A stretch of DNA of 64,000 bases, taken from the NCBI GenBank assembly GCA_964035545.1, contig OZ037773.1, positions 9,887,751 to 9,951,750 on the forward strand, in the 5' to 3' direction. This DNA is from Bugula neritina (Eukaryota > Animalia > Bryozoa). Made by a program: the position numbers and the translations under genes. The notes below the pieces were generated by a model. It searched no databases and was not told the DNA's origin. It was given only the letters and a program-made list of their open reading frames with translations. Positions 12,850 through 25,760 of the stretch are shown here, in pieces. Each line of letters starts with the position of its first letter. The stretch's first letter is position 1.

Positions 12850-15429
12850 TATATATTAAAAACTGCTAAACAACACACTCACTGTATCTGACAGTTTTTC
12901 TATTAGCTCCTTAATTTCAAAAGAAGATTGCTTATCTGAAAGATATAAAACAGCAGTGCTGGAGTATTTGTTTTAACAGCTATAATTATGAAAACTATTT
13001 AACTATAATTGTGCTCGTGTGTGCACACATACATATTATAATTTGTTAAAAATTTATAATATATAAATGTAACTATTTTGAAAAAGAAAAAGTAATAATA
13101 TCAAAAGTTATACCTTTTGTATAATTGGCTGCTATGGAAACACTCAGAGACATCACTGCTAGAAAGCAGACGGATATAGCTAGCTTGTAGTAGATTTCAA
13201 GGGCCTTCTCATGTCTGATAGTTTTCAAGGCTTTAGCTTTGTTCTTGCTAGCAACTCTGTAAAACAATTATTTGGAACGCTTCTATTCAAATGTTTACTT
13301 TTCAGTTTTGAGGTCAAATATTTCATTTCAATTTTCTCATTCTATTTATTTTTGTAGTCGATTTCAGAATAATGAAATAAATAAAAGAGTTTTTCACTAA
13401 ACAGGAGTTTGTGATTCAACAATTTTTTTTTAATATTTCTATGAAATTTATTTATTTTTTAGGTAATTTTTATGATTTATATTAAATCTAAATGTTCATT
13501 AAATGAGCCACAATAAGGACAAAAGTTGCACGAGTAAAACAGGTAGTTGAGTTCATCAAACACACAATTATATATTTAAACACCAGCAAGCTAATAACTA
13601 ATGCAAAAAGTTCAGATTACCTGGAATAAATCTCGGGGTTCTTAGCTGGATACCTGCAAAAACATAAAGTTGCATCAACTAGCATGTTTCACTCAGAGGC
13701 ATAGCTAAATTTACATGCAATAAAAAATTACCAAAGGAATTTTTTAATTTTTTAAAGATTTTATGTAGGTGTGGGAATAAAAAATAAATTCACAATGTAA
13801 AGGCATGAGTTTTTAGTTTTAGAGTTTTAGATATACATACTATATTAACTAGTTCATTCTAGAAGTTTTATAAACCATATAGTTGATAATGATTTATGTA
13901 TTATTTCAAGTGCATGTTTATAAAATATCAAACTTATATGATGCCTATAACAGTCTTAATTAAATTGTTACTTGTTTTGACTGGTGTAACTTTTTAAGTT
14001 ATGTTTCACAGTTCACAGTATAGCTGTCACAAACATCTGTGACAACTATATGCTATAAATCACAAACACCTGTGACAGCTATATGCTATAAGTCACAAAC
14101 ACCTGTGACAGCCATATGCTATATGTCACAAACATCTGTGACAGCCATATGCTATATGTCACAAACACCTGTGACAAGCATCAATATTTTCAGCCCCATT
14201 ATTTGCTGATATATGTTCTATATAGGTAACAAGCACTTGCCACATATATATGTTATAGGTCACAAGCACCTGTAGCACCTGTAATATGCTACTAGCTACA
14301 CTATTTGTGACATGAGTGCTCTAGGTCATGGAGAATGAAACACGTGAGTGGCTAAACCATTAAAAAAGTCTTACGCAGGGCCGAAAGTGGTGCTGTAGTC
14401 ATTGCTATAAGTCCCATAACTGTTTAGCGACCGTGACGTTTTAGGGTGAATCTTACTTGATTTCTGTAGTCTTGCTTTTGCTACACTATAACCAAAATGA
14501 TGTTGTGACATTTAACAAACATATAAAAAAAATACAACTCCAAAGATATGTTAAAATAAGAAATCATGCATGCATATTCTATAAGTAATGAAATTATATC
14601 CTACATTAATGGCTTAAAACTTTTTATTGAAATTTTAAAATGCACATGGCTATAATTAACGCAGATTTAATAGAAAAAATTATGTTTTAAAATTTTCAAT
14701 TTAAACAAAATGCTAATCTTCACAAGATAACAATTCAGAATATTATTATGGTTGTACAATTTTGTTTTATTTCTACAATTTTTCTTCATGATCATTATAT
14801 ATGCAATAAAATACTAAATATGATTTTATCAATAAGCCTAAATAACTGATGACTTTCTACTGAAACCTGGAAATTTATGTTACTATAGTAACATAAATTT
14901 CCAGGTTTCAGTAGAAAGTCATCAGTATATTTCTTATGCAATATGAATTTTTGTCAATAAAATTTTTGGATTTTCATTTTCTTACTGAATGCTGTATTAA
15001 ACCACTAGACTTTCTATCTGGATATCTACTTACGTGCTGTAGAGATACGCCTTGGGATCACTTTGATCAAACTTTGAGCTGCGAGAATTAATGTCAGATT
15101 CTACTCTGTGAAAATCAAAAATGTCTTTTAGTAATTGATAATTTTTGATTTTGGAATTAAATAATTTTTGAATGCAATTTATCAGTTTAGTTAGAACAAT
15201 TATAACATAGTCAGTATACAATTAGATATATGATACAGTCAAGAATCATTTTAATTATAGCCATTATTTTGTCACAGTAAAAGTATATAATTTAATTTGC
15301 TGCAGCTCACAATGACTGCATTTGCAATTTACTATCATAATAACCTATAAATTACCTTTATCAAACACTCTTTAAAAAAGTTTACCTAATATTGTTTTTT
15401 AACTTTATGCAGATAGGTGCATTTGTCAT
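9241..15429 (-). CDS. Cluster gene A: type II membrane protein (Tyr-motif tail/TM/coiled coil/short collagen/6-Cys HYWxC domain), ~277 aa, 11 exons
   Basis: Phase-consistent GT-AG exons: 15386-15429 (tentative ATG exon), 15034-15105, 14375-14485, 13621-13653, 13114-13256 (TM LAISVCFLAVMSLSVSIAA), 12883-12935, 12397-12459, 11233-11259 (RITGEAGPK), 10696-10809 (GLPGPIDPSLC...), 10161-10249 (SRVLSAKCSS...), 9241-9325 (CRCWNSPYSPDVPNICVMHYWTCKVSN*). Total 834 nt, open. Confidence 0.82.
9513..9703. repeat. Minisatellite, ~52-bp unit x ~4 (ATACTGTGCAGTAACCAATCACAATGCATGTCTTATAT...) in the last intron of gene A
   Basis: Near-identical direct repeats seen in the sequence. Confidence 0.95.
11928..12119 (-). 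mobile_element. Degenerate tRNA-derived SINE (family 1) in a gene A intron
   Basis: Minus strand shows A-box-like TGGTCTAGGG, B-box-like GGTTCCAACC, then AAAGGTCAATGGTGATGCTAGAAAG and a ...TTCTCACGGGATA tail, homologous to the copy at 19695-19895. Confidence 0.7.
12788..12846. repeat. (TA)n microsatellite
   Basis: Seen directly. Confidence 0.95.
14020..14178. repeat. Minisatellite, ~31-32-bp unit x ~5 (GTCACAAACACCTGTGACAGCTATATGCTATA) with internal dyad GTCACA...TGTGAC
   Basis: Direct repeats seen in a gene A intron. Confidence 0.9.
14845..14926. repeat. Perfect 82-bp palindrome with no spacer
   Basis: ACTGATGACTTTCTACTGAAACCTGGAAATTTATGTTACTA|TAGTAACATAAATTTCCAGGTTTCAGTAGAAAGTCATCAGT; the arms are exact reverse complements. 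Confidence 0.97.
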
Positions 15430-15965
15430 GGTATCACTTGTTTTATGTAAACAAAATTTTATTGCTTTGAATTTTTTTCAATGGAAAATTAATATTTTAT
15501 TTATGTAAAATTTTATATTTATAAAAAATAAAGAAAATTATTATTTTTTTAATGTGATCATTGATGACTCATTAAAAAACTTTAATAAATATTTGAGTTG
15601 TGATTAATACTATTATTATTCAGTAATTATGGGTGAAACATGCTTTTGTTAACTTATTGCATCGTTCCTATATTATTATCTATGTAAACATAAACTAGTC
15701 TTCGATCCAATGTGGGAATTTTTGAAATCAACTTTTATTTATGCAATAGAAATGACACATGAGATAATGACAAATATAATTTATATGTATGCACACTATT
15801 CACTATTCAATATAGAAACCATCAGATTTTGTAATTAAGTTCATTTGTTAAGTTTTCAAGTAATGTAAAATAATAATATAAGGTAGATGAGAGTCTGAAT
15901 GTTCATCTAAAACACGTTCTTATAGCACCATATATAGTCATATACAGTTTGCTTAAGTAAGGTAC

Positions 15966-17090
15966 TCATTTGCCATTGGTGTCAACCGTCTTATCGCCGA
16001 GAGCTGCATCTATGGTCCGAATAGGACAAGGTTCGTCTAGGGCAGGATTGAAGGATATAACCTCCTCATTAACACACTGACAGGACATCTCATCTCCCCT
16101 TCCACGGCATCTGCCAAACTGGTAGGGAGGAACCAAGTTCCTACAGTGCCAGGTGCAACACTCCTCATCCGGACACCCCCCTGAGGTAGCCGACACTGCC
16201 ACATCTGTAATGCAATCATAGCTCATCATTAGTAGAAATTAGATTAGAGTTATTGCTGATGAATGTTGGATTAGGAAATTTTAAATTGTTTTTACTCATT
16301 GAAGCAAAGAGACTAATAGCATATAATAAGTTTTCAGAAACGGTTTTGTATTGAGCTATGCTGTCGCACTTAGTTATACGCAGAATTACATTATATTATG
16401 TTACTGATAAAAAAGTAGTTCTAATTTAGTTACTTATATGAAGCTTTCTTTTTTAAATTGTAGGACGTTATGAGTTTGCAAATATACTATAAAGATAACA
16501 AAACCATGCAGTTGTAATTAAGTGACTGACAAAAATAGTCACTAAAACTTTTGATGTATGCAATATAATATTTTTAAACAAAATTACAAAATATTTTAAC
16601 TAATAATTATATAAAAGAACTGTTTTATTAGTTTTTTGTCAACTTCTTTAATTTTGAGACATATTGATTAAATATTTTATCCTTGCCCAATTATTATAGA
16701 CTTGTTTCTAAATCTCATTGAGTTTGTTTTATATATGCTGCTCTTTACCAAAAGTGATATTCAATCGACTTTTCAAATAACTCTTTGCAAGTTGTTAGTT
16801 GTTTTTAGTAAAGCTTTTAATTTAAAAATGCAAAAATACTAAAATAAAACTGTTGAAAAATACTAAAAAAAAACTGTTAACTCTATGGTAATATGTTATA
16901 TACAAAAATTTGCTAGATTATATTAAATATTATTTTTAGCCTGAACAGTTTGGTCATGTATATAGTGCATAAATCTTAAGTCAATTATGAAATAGGAAAG
17001 TATATAATGCAAACAGTAAATTGCGAGTTACTTGTACTTACATAGAGCAGCCATAACACTAAGTATCAAAAGTGTGCTTTTGAATTCCAT
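15966..17090 (-). CDS. Secreted CS-alpha-beta defensin-like peptide precursor, 95 aa, 2 coding exons, 8 Cys, acidic C-terminal extension
   Basis: Exon 17042-17090 (MEFKSTLLILSVMAAL, phase-1 gtaagt) joins exon 15966-16204 (ttacag acceptor) to give MEFKSTLLILSVMAALYVAVSA-TSGGCPDEECCTWHCRNLVPPYQFGRCRGRGDEMSCQCVNEEVISFNPALDEPCPIRTIDAALGDKTVDTNGK. It has a signal peptide and the GCP...CxxxC...GxC...CxC pattern of arthropod/mollusc defensins. Confidence 0.85.
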
Positions 17091-17271
17091 GTCTGTCAGT
17101 GAAAGATTTTTTAAATCTAAAAGATTAACTTATAATAAAAAAATGCAAAGAAAACCATCATCCCAAATGTGTAAGCAGTAGAGAATCAGATTTCTGTTAA
17201 TTTCTTTACTTATAACTCGTTTAAGAAAAATGTGTGCTAAATATAGTATCACTTTAGTTTTCAATACTTAC

Positions 17272-17340
17272 CCAATAAGTTGTTCAAAAGAAGCTTAAGA
17301 TTCTTTTTATGAATATAGAAGTTTTTCCATCTTTATATAT
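17272..17340 (-). promoter_or_regulatory. Putative TATA box and short non-coding first exon of the defensin-like gene
   Basis: Minus strand: TATAAA at 17332-17337, Inr-like TCAT ~25 nt downstream, donor G|gtaagt at 17272, and acceptor gacag 2 nt before the ATG at 17090. Confidence 0.5.
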
Positions 17341-19280
17341 GAAAAAATTGTGTTGCAATGTTGCAGCTTGAGTGATCAGGATGGATTATTGGTTAGATGG
17401 ACATTTAAGTACGTGATTCATTGAACTTAGTGTCTAATAACTAGGATGTGGCTCATTGATTTTGAATATCTCGTTAGTATTCAGTGTTGCCTGAAAGACT
17501 CAAAGAGCCGTGATAAAATCAGCACACTGCTTCACAGAAATTTAATTGGCTAAACTCTAGCCAATAGGGCTTTAGATTGAGCCTGTTAAATGACCTGAAA
17601 TCTAGTTTCAGAATGATAATTGCACAATGAAGAAAATACACAACAAAGGTATATATTCAGCCTATAGACTGTAAGGTTGGCATCTTCAATTTAAAGATAG
17701 TATTTTTATTCATGATTTCACAACTATATCATATTTCAATGAGTCACTGAAATAGCTGATATCAACAGCAATACAAATGTTATACACTGTTTTATTCTGC
17801 AATCGCTAAACTGCAGATTATACCAATTGCTATAATAATAACAACCTGGTTGCGAAATTTGCTTTTTTAGCCAAGATGAAATTTTGTGAACCTCTTAAAA
17901 GCTTATTGTGCTTACTTACTTAAATTAAATAAAATTCAGCTTTAATTAAAAAGTTAACTGCAAGTGCAAACTATTTTGGCCATCATCATTTTACAATCCA
18001 TGAAATGTAGTAGTAAAAACATTGCTTTGCAAAAAATACTCAAAATAATTATACAAATAAAAATTAATTGGCACAAAGAACTTTATTTTATCATTAGTTC
18101 AAGCAAAACTTTGTTGGGTGCATTTTCATTAACTTATAGGTTGATTATTATTCCTATATGTAGAGTTATTTAAATTGGGATAAAGCATTCTACTTAATCA
18201 ATAATTCAACCATTACCTATAGGCCCTATAGATCAAATTATTTAACAGAAGTACGAGTTGACTATAGGCTCATTCAAAATTTTTATCGCTAAATGCAATT
18301 GTTCTGCAGCTGTTGTTTTCAAGAATGCCGGTTAGAAGAATAAAATGTTTGTATGCTAAGAACTACGTTAGTTTAAATACAACTTAACGCATTCTGAGTC
18401 TATCAACAATTACAGTCAACCTTCAAACTGAGGATAAATGTGAGATCTCACATAACAGCGTATAGCATGTGTCTACATAATAGAATGACATATATTATGT
18501 TGCACCCATACCTAATCTAGCGTGTAACTGCAGCTAGTATGAAATGTTACAAAATTAATGCTCATTGGTCTCAGAAAAAGCCAATCAAATGCTTGAAGTC
18601 AAAGAAATGGCAAAAAAACATATATTTTATTTTTGTTTCTAGCAAAAAATACACTTTAAATCCTTAAAAGCTATAACATATACCATAATTGATTTGTGTG
18701 ACAAACAAACAAAAATATCAACACTTTCCATTAAGTATCTGATATAGGTATGCACTCATCACATACATTGCTAACTTATGCCAGCATATCATATTGATTT
18801 GATGTAAAAAAGTTATTAGGTAACAAATAATTTTGGGGAGATAATCACTTGGCTGAACTAATGCAATATAACCACACAACTCAATATTTCATACAAACTG
18901 ACTGTATAATTTACTTAGATGAGGTAAAGCTGTGTTTGCTTGTATATAGGCCTTGCTTTGTGTTCTCAGTTAATTGATGTAGTCACTGTCAGTATAAATA
19001 TATGCTGCATAACAAATTATGTCGCACTCAGACAGCCTGTTTACTTACACACTATCTGTATCACTTGCCATCTGATGCTAAACTTTCTCTCTCAGCAGCC
19101 AATACACATATGCAATATATTATACTATATAGTATGCATAATATTGAGTCTTTTATTACAAAAGTCATTAATTGTTGAAAGTTTATGAAATATATTCAAA
19201 AATAAATATAAATCAGTTTGATTGTTTGCATAACAGTATTCTAAGAGTTTCATCAGCTGTGAAAGACAAGATTTTTCACT

Positions 19281-22200
19281 ATGCCAGGAAAGAAAACCTT
19301 CCCATTTAAACATGGCAAATCTAAGAGCAGGCCAGCCTCGGGTTCTAACCGGATGGATTTGAATGCCCAGATGCTGGAGGCGTTCAAGTTAGGCATGACA
19401 CCGCCTAGCTCTGATTTTTCCGGAAGAGCCTTCAGTCCATTTAACCAACCACCAGCTAGCTCACAGTTTAGTGGAGCTACTAGTCGCACTAATAGGTCGG
19501 TAGAATTTACTACTCAAAATATTAACATTTATCTTTCCCGCGGTTAAACTGTATTCTAAACACTAAACGTTGTGGTCCAGCAAAATAAGTCTCTCAAACT
19601 TTGAAGTTAAAGCTCAAACTCAAACATTATTAGGATATTTTATTAGTGTTTATTTGTGCCAGTAAAAATATACACACTCTCACTCAAGTTTATATATATA
19701 GTCGCTATCCCTGTGAGAAACCCCTGATATGAAAAGGGTTTTTGTTAAAGCGCTTTAAGAACTTATTCAGATGAGTCACAGGAGCAATTATGACTGGATG
19801 CTCTTCCTAACATCACCAATGGCCTTTGTCTAGGCTCGAACTTATGACCTCGTGTTTACTAGGCAAACATTCTAACTCCTAGACTACAGTTTCTTCTTAT
19901 AATTTTACTAAAATGACAGCATAATAAAAAAGTATTATATTATTATATTGCATTATTCATGCAACTGTAACTTTAATTTATGCTTTGGGCTTATATTGTA
20001 ATTTATCATTATTTTAAAATCTCTTTATATCAGAATATTTAGATAATTTTAAAATATATACATTATAGATAATATATTATAGGACTATATAGATAAAATA
20101 TTTATTATTTGTAAAATAATATATTTAGATATCATATTATATACATATATAGCATCTCGCTACCCAAACAGGACAAAGCAGAGATAGGTGAAAATAGGTA
20201 AGAATTAAACATATAACATATCTGTGTCCCTTTCAGATCTCTCTCCAACAAAGAGCGGATGGCTATACTCCAAGGCAAGCTGGAGCGGAGACACTCCGAC
20301 ACTTCCGTCATGTCAAATAGTCTGCTTGACTGTTCCCAGACAGTTTACCAGACTACACACCCGATAACCCCCACCACTTCAATTGCTTTCGCAAAAACTG
20401 AGACACCACCTTGTAAAGATAACAACATGTTAGTATTAAATAAAACAATGTGTTTTAAATCAATACAATATGCTATATAATGTTTTAACTTCTTTTATTC
20501 CGATATTGCAGTATCAATTGTTCTAAGTATTCAATTAACCATTTAGTTTTATGGTGCAAATAACAAGGACTATGATTTATTGTGCAAGTAGATTTTAGCA
20601 TAAATGAAATTAATAGAACGTGCAGATGAGGGAAACAGTTTTTCAAATGTTAGTACTCCATTGGAGCGTGAGCTGTACCTACACCCATATTTAATTTTCC
20701 AATAATATTGTGTGATTGTTATTTTGTTACAAAATAGTTATTGTTTTTTCTCAAAATAAAAGTTTAGAAAATGAGCCCAAGTCCCCGCCGGACCACGGAG
20801 GCTTCCGAACAGAAACTAGATCTTCAAAGAACCTCTACTTCAGTGTCTCAGTTTTCACAATAATGCTCTCCGTTTTATCAATTGTCATCACAGCAATTGT
20901 TTCGGAGAATAACATTAGACTTATTGGAAAAACAGGTGAGTAAGCGCATAGTAAAAATAATACATATAATATGTATTACTTTTAAACTATTGTTTGTTTG
21001 TTTGTTTTTTATTTTGTCATAGTCGGGAAAAAATTAATTGAGAAAAAAATAAACAAAATGACAGGGCCTATGGCGCAATAGCACTTGTAACTATTATATA
21101 TTATATTATAATATAATATAATATAACTATTATATTGTATTATATTATATTATATTACATTATATCATATTATAATTAATTATATTACATTATATTATCT
21201 TATATTATATTGTATTTTATTATAATATTATATTATTATAGCTTTCATCATCTTTAGTATATGTGAATCATGCATACCACATTTTTATTCAAATAGCTAT
21301 ATTAAATGTAAATATATATCATGATATATTTGTTTTTAGTAAATTTAAAAACGCATTAATCAATTTTCAACGGAACAATTGCCCATCTTTAATTTATTTA
21401 TATGAATTCATTTAGAGATTTAAGGGTGTGCATGGCAGCCATATATTATAGCATAATAAAAATTATATAATATGATCAAAGTAATGTTTATAGTACTTAT
21501 TTCTCGGGTATTAATGTTGACCCTTAAGGTGGCTGATTGAAATTCATGTACTATTTAGGATTTATTAAAATATTTAAGATTTATTAAAATATTTAAGATT
21601 TTTATTTACCCCAAAAAGTTTCTTACTCTGTGACAATCGGAAATGGTCTGCCAGTTTTTTAATTATATCCTTTTGTAGAAATTGATATCTTGAGTAATAT
21701 TGAAAGAAGCAACAATGAATTGAGAAGAGTAACTCAAGAACTTAGAAAGGACGTAAGTTTTTTGTCTTTTTAAATAGGAGCTAGGCCTTTTTGTCACCTA
21801 CTATAGCTCATGATTCTTAATTATAGAGCCATCTTTTAGCACTTGCTTGCTTGTGTCATCATAGTAAATCTGTCATTTAATACCTTCTGTGCTAATTTGG
21901 TGATGGTTTGAGCTGGAATATATACACAATATTTAGTATATTATTATAAACTATAATATATACACTGTTATATAATACGTACTATATAACTATATTTACA
22001 TTATAAGAAATGTACTATACTTACACTATATATTATATATTATGATCACTAGTGCTGCCTATAATGTCAGCTTTGTACAAGTTAAATTTACACAAAATGC
22101 ATTCTGTTTATTTTTAGATCAACAGTGCACAAGGACAAATAGCATATCAAGCTACCCTAATAACACCTGGTTCAACGCAGGTAACAGTCGTTCTATTAAC

Positions 22201-23880
22201 AAACCCAATTGTCGATGCAATTACACAACGTCGTGTTTGTTTTGGTAATAGAATTTTTCGTGAGGCCTAGCATGTTAATATAATGTTATCTGTGTTTGCC
22301 AACAGAGGCTGTAGCTCAGAAATGTCAGCTAAATGTTTATCCCTCATTTCAAATATTCAAAGCATAGTTTAAACTACACATTCTTGAGCAAAGCAGCATA
22401 AAACTAAAGAGAAGACAAATCTTACATAATCAAGTTCCGAAATATTTGAGTATTTGTCTCATAGGAGCAATAATAAATTAATTTTGCAAAATAACAACTG
22501 CCTTCTACTTGTTTGATTTTAGAAGTGATCATGGTGATTTGAATTCTGTTCTTTTATAATTCCAAGGAATGGTGTTTTATGATATTTTCTTATTAGAGTT
22601 TTAAAAACAATTTTTAATTACTCAAGATAAATCAGCTGTTCAACTGCGTACTTGCAAAATAAAGCGATTACTAACTTTCAGATCATCAATGAAAAGTTTC
22701 TTATGTGAACATGTTACGTTAAATGTCTACACTGAATGTGCTCTGCATAAGATTTTTGTTATAGTGACATTTTTTAAACTAAATGTTGAAAATTTGCAAC
22801 TTTCAGGGCCTGATAGGCTACTTCAATGTTTCTAAGTGCAAGCATACAAAGAAAGAAATAACATCAACAACATTGAATTATATTTCTACTGAAGCTGTTT
22901 CAGACAATCAGAAGGTGATACATTATTACTATGTCATTTATAACAGCTTTTCACTGTTGGAGCTTTTTTATTTTGCTATATATTACACACGCACGCACGC
23001 AGGTGCACACATGCAGGTACACGCACACGCACACGCGCGCACACACACACGTAAACACACACACACACGTAAACACACACACACGTAAACACACACACAC
23101 ACACACACGTAAACACACACACACGTAAACACAGTACTATAAGTATAAAGTAAAATATGCTCATATATACAATGTTATACTTTAGGATAAAATAATAGCT
23201 GCAGTGTGCAGTGGGAGAAACTATGATGTCTATAAACTGGAAGTTGAACGTATACCTGCAGGCCAAAAATATTTGTAAGTTTTGTATCAGCAATAGAGTT
23301 AAAGTTGCAACATTTGCTGTAGAAATGATCTAGCGATGGTAATAATCTATTTAGCTTTATGAAGTATTATCTTAGTGTATAAAGTGTTCTGTGTGTATAA
23401 TAAATAGATTTTTCAAGGTATTGTGGATATATATAGGAAGGAAAAATATGACCACTAATTGATTTGTTGCATGAACACGTTGACTTCTACTTGAACAAAT
23501 TCAATTAATTCCAATTTATCTTATTTATTTTCACAAGCACGCAAACACATATAACTTACATATTAGTATATAATGTTCATGTATATTTTATATACTATTT
23601 ACATAATCTTTTACATCTTGTTACATTAAAATACAATGCCCTAATTTATATATTGACATTATGTTGTGCTCTTTTATATTACTTTTTTTATTATATAATA
23701 TATTTACTATATTCTATAATAATGTATGGTAATATATTGTAGTTTAATATATAGTCATATTTCACTGTATTTATTCTCTTTAGCTGTCGGTGCGAAAGGA
23801 AGCAGCTGAGAGATCCTGACGATAACGATAGTTTCTGCAGAATTGATTACTGGCTTTGCCAAATACCAACAAAATTTTGA
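19281..23880 (+). CDS. Cluster gene B: type II membrane protein with 6-Cys DYWxC domain, ~336 aa, ~7 exons; no collagen mini-exon found
   Basis: Exons 19281-19495, 20237-20428, 20763-20935 ([25 protein letters not shown]), 21679-21752, 22118-22180, 22807-22914 ([13 protein letters not shown]...), 23186-23274 ([10 protein letters not shown]...), 23784-23880 ([31 protein letters not shown]). Total 1011 nt, open. The junction around 20412-20767 is ambiguous (possible extra exon at ~20626-20668). Confidence 0.82.
19695..19895 (-). mobile_element. tRNA-derived SINE (family 1), near full length, in gene B intron 1
   Basis: Minus strand: TAGTCTAGGAGTTAGAA (A-box-like), GTTCGAGCC (B-box), core GGTGATGTTAGGAAGAGCATCCAGTC, 3' end GGGGTTTCTCACAGGGATAGCGAC followed by a (TA)n tail. 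Confidence 0.78.
22985..23132. repeat. Compound (CA)n / CACACGTAAA microsatellite in a gene B intron
   Basis: Seen directly. Confidence 0.9.
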
Positions 23881-25394
23881 GTTTATTTTGGAAGTGTACC
23901 TATTTGAGTGCTTGTTTTTATTTCTATCATTTGGCTTTTTTAGTTATTGATTTGCTTTACTTTTGTAACCTGTCGTCTTTCAATTGCAAAATTAGATTTT
24001 TTCAAAGTACCTATTCTCCCAAATAAACGTTGGTAACCCTGATTTCTCATTACCTCAAATAATAGTAAGGTAAATAAATCAAAAACAAGTTATTTAAAGT
24101 AGAAGATAAAATTTTGTTGAAGCTTGCAATCAACAATAATATAAAACAAATCAGACACAAAATAATTGCTATTGAATGTCTACCAATTATATGCATTATA
24201 CTTGTAATAAGTTTAACTGCATAACAATTGAGACCAAAGAATCTCTTGCTACCCCAACTATTGGTAAAAGAATAACAAAAATGAAAAAATATTTTTTAAG
24301 TTTTTAAATAAGCTTACAACTTCTAAATTATAGAGCCTAATTTAAAAATGAATTTTCCAAAGTAATTGATTCATTGTTGCAAAAAAATTTCATATGAAAT
24401 AAATTTATATTATAATATAATATAATTTATATATTTATATTATATACCACATAATATATAATTTACATATATTCTCATATATATTTATATGTTGTCCTAT
24501 ATTAACCACGTGCTAATTAATGGTTTTTGATGCTTGAATTTTTAAAGCACTGCATGGTGTATGATTTCTCATAAGCACTTTTGAATTTATAGCATTTGAC
24601 TATTAAAAACTTACAAAAAGTTATAGTTGTCATCACGGCCGGGAAACTTGTGCATGATAGAAAATGATATTTTAAAGCCTGCTAAGTTAACTTGTTTATT
24701 ATATGTGGCACACGAGCAATTATGACATCATATCAATGGCATATTTTAAGAATTGAACTTATAAACAAATCTATGTATAAGAAGCCAGTGCTCTATCTCT
24801 TAGGTCACTGCGCTGCTCTTAGCTGTCATGTCATCGCTCCTACATTTAACGTAAATAATAGACTAACTTATGTATGCTTAGTTGAGTAATTATATATAAC
24901 AAAATAGCAGCAGTATCAGCAGCTTTAATGTTGTGGCTACAATTAAGAATAAATGCAATCCCAGTTTTTCAATTCACTCTTGCAAATGAAATGACTACAG
25001 ATTTTTTTAAAGGAATCACACATGTTCTTTTGTCATGTGCTAATAATCAACTAGATAAAATAGGAATAATTCATACTTTTTGTAGTTTTATTATTAAAGG
25101 CCTGGTTTATTGGCTAAAACACATTAATTTGCGCAATTCCTTGCAGAGGCATTAATGCATAAAAATGACAATCAGTGATACAACATGCAACTTGATCTAG
25201 AGAGCCAAGCATTATAATAGGACAAACATAACAAATACAATCTTAAGTTAAAGTAAAGCATTGCATCCCGTAAAATAATCTGAATTATAGTATGTTGTGT
25301 ACTAAAGCTGTTTTCATTTTGCACTTCAAGTCTGATCGATTTTTTAATAAATAACTCAGCACAAGAATTTCATTTGTAAAAAAGTTTATTTCAG

Positions 25395-25727
25395 TCAAGA
25401 AGCCTCAACGTCACATATCCAGTAGTCCATAACGCACATTGGCTGACCATCTGACTGAGGGTTATCTATGAAATCGCATCTACAGCTGTATTAAGGAATA
25501 TAATGTAAGTTTAGTGGCTTACACATGCACAATTATAATAGATACTAAAATGGCATCTGTTATTATAGTTTATAGCTGATGTATATAATAATAAGTTATA
25601 CTGCAATTGTAATATACACAACTTTGAATATACATTTTGAAGCTTTTATAGCTACAATTGGTTTTATCTTGTAAATGAAAAAGCAGCAAATTGGAATTGC
25701 TACAAATGTAAAATTTATCAAGCTGGC

Positions 25728-25760
<33 letters not shown>

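Noticed and set aside
15966-17090. Defensin-like gene nested inside an intron of gene A
   Set aside because: A phase-compatible ATG exon for A exists at 15386-15429, downstream of the defensin stop, so nesting is not needed. A distant 5'UTR exon of A cannot be excluded.
17318-17328. NF-kB-like site near the defensin promoter
   Set aside because: GGAAAAACTTC does not fit the GGGRNNYYCC consensus; not supportable.
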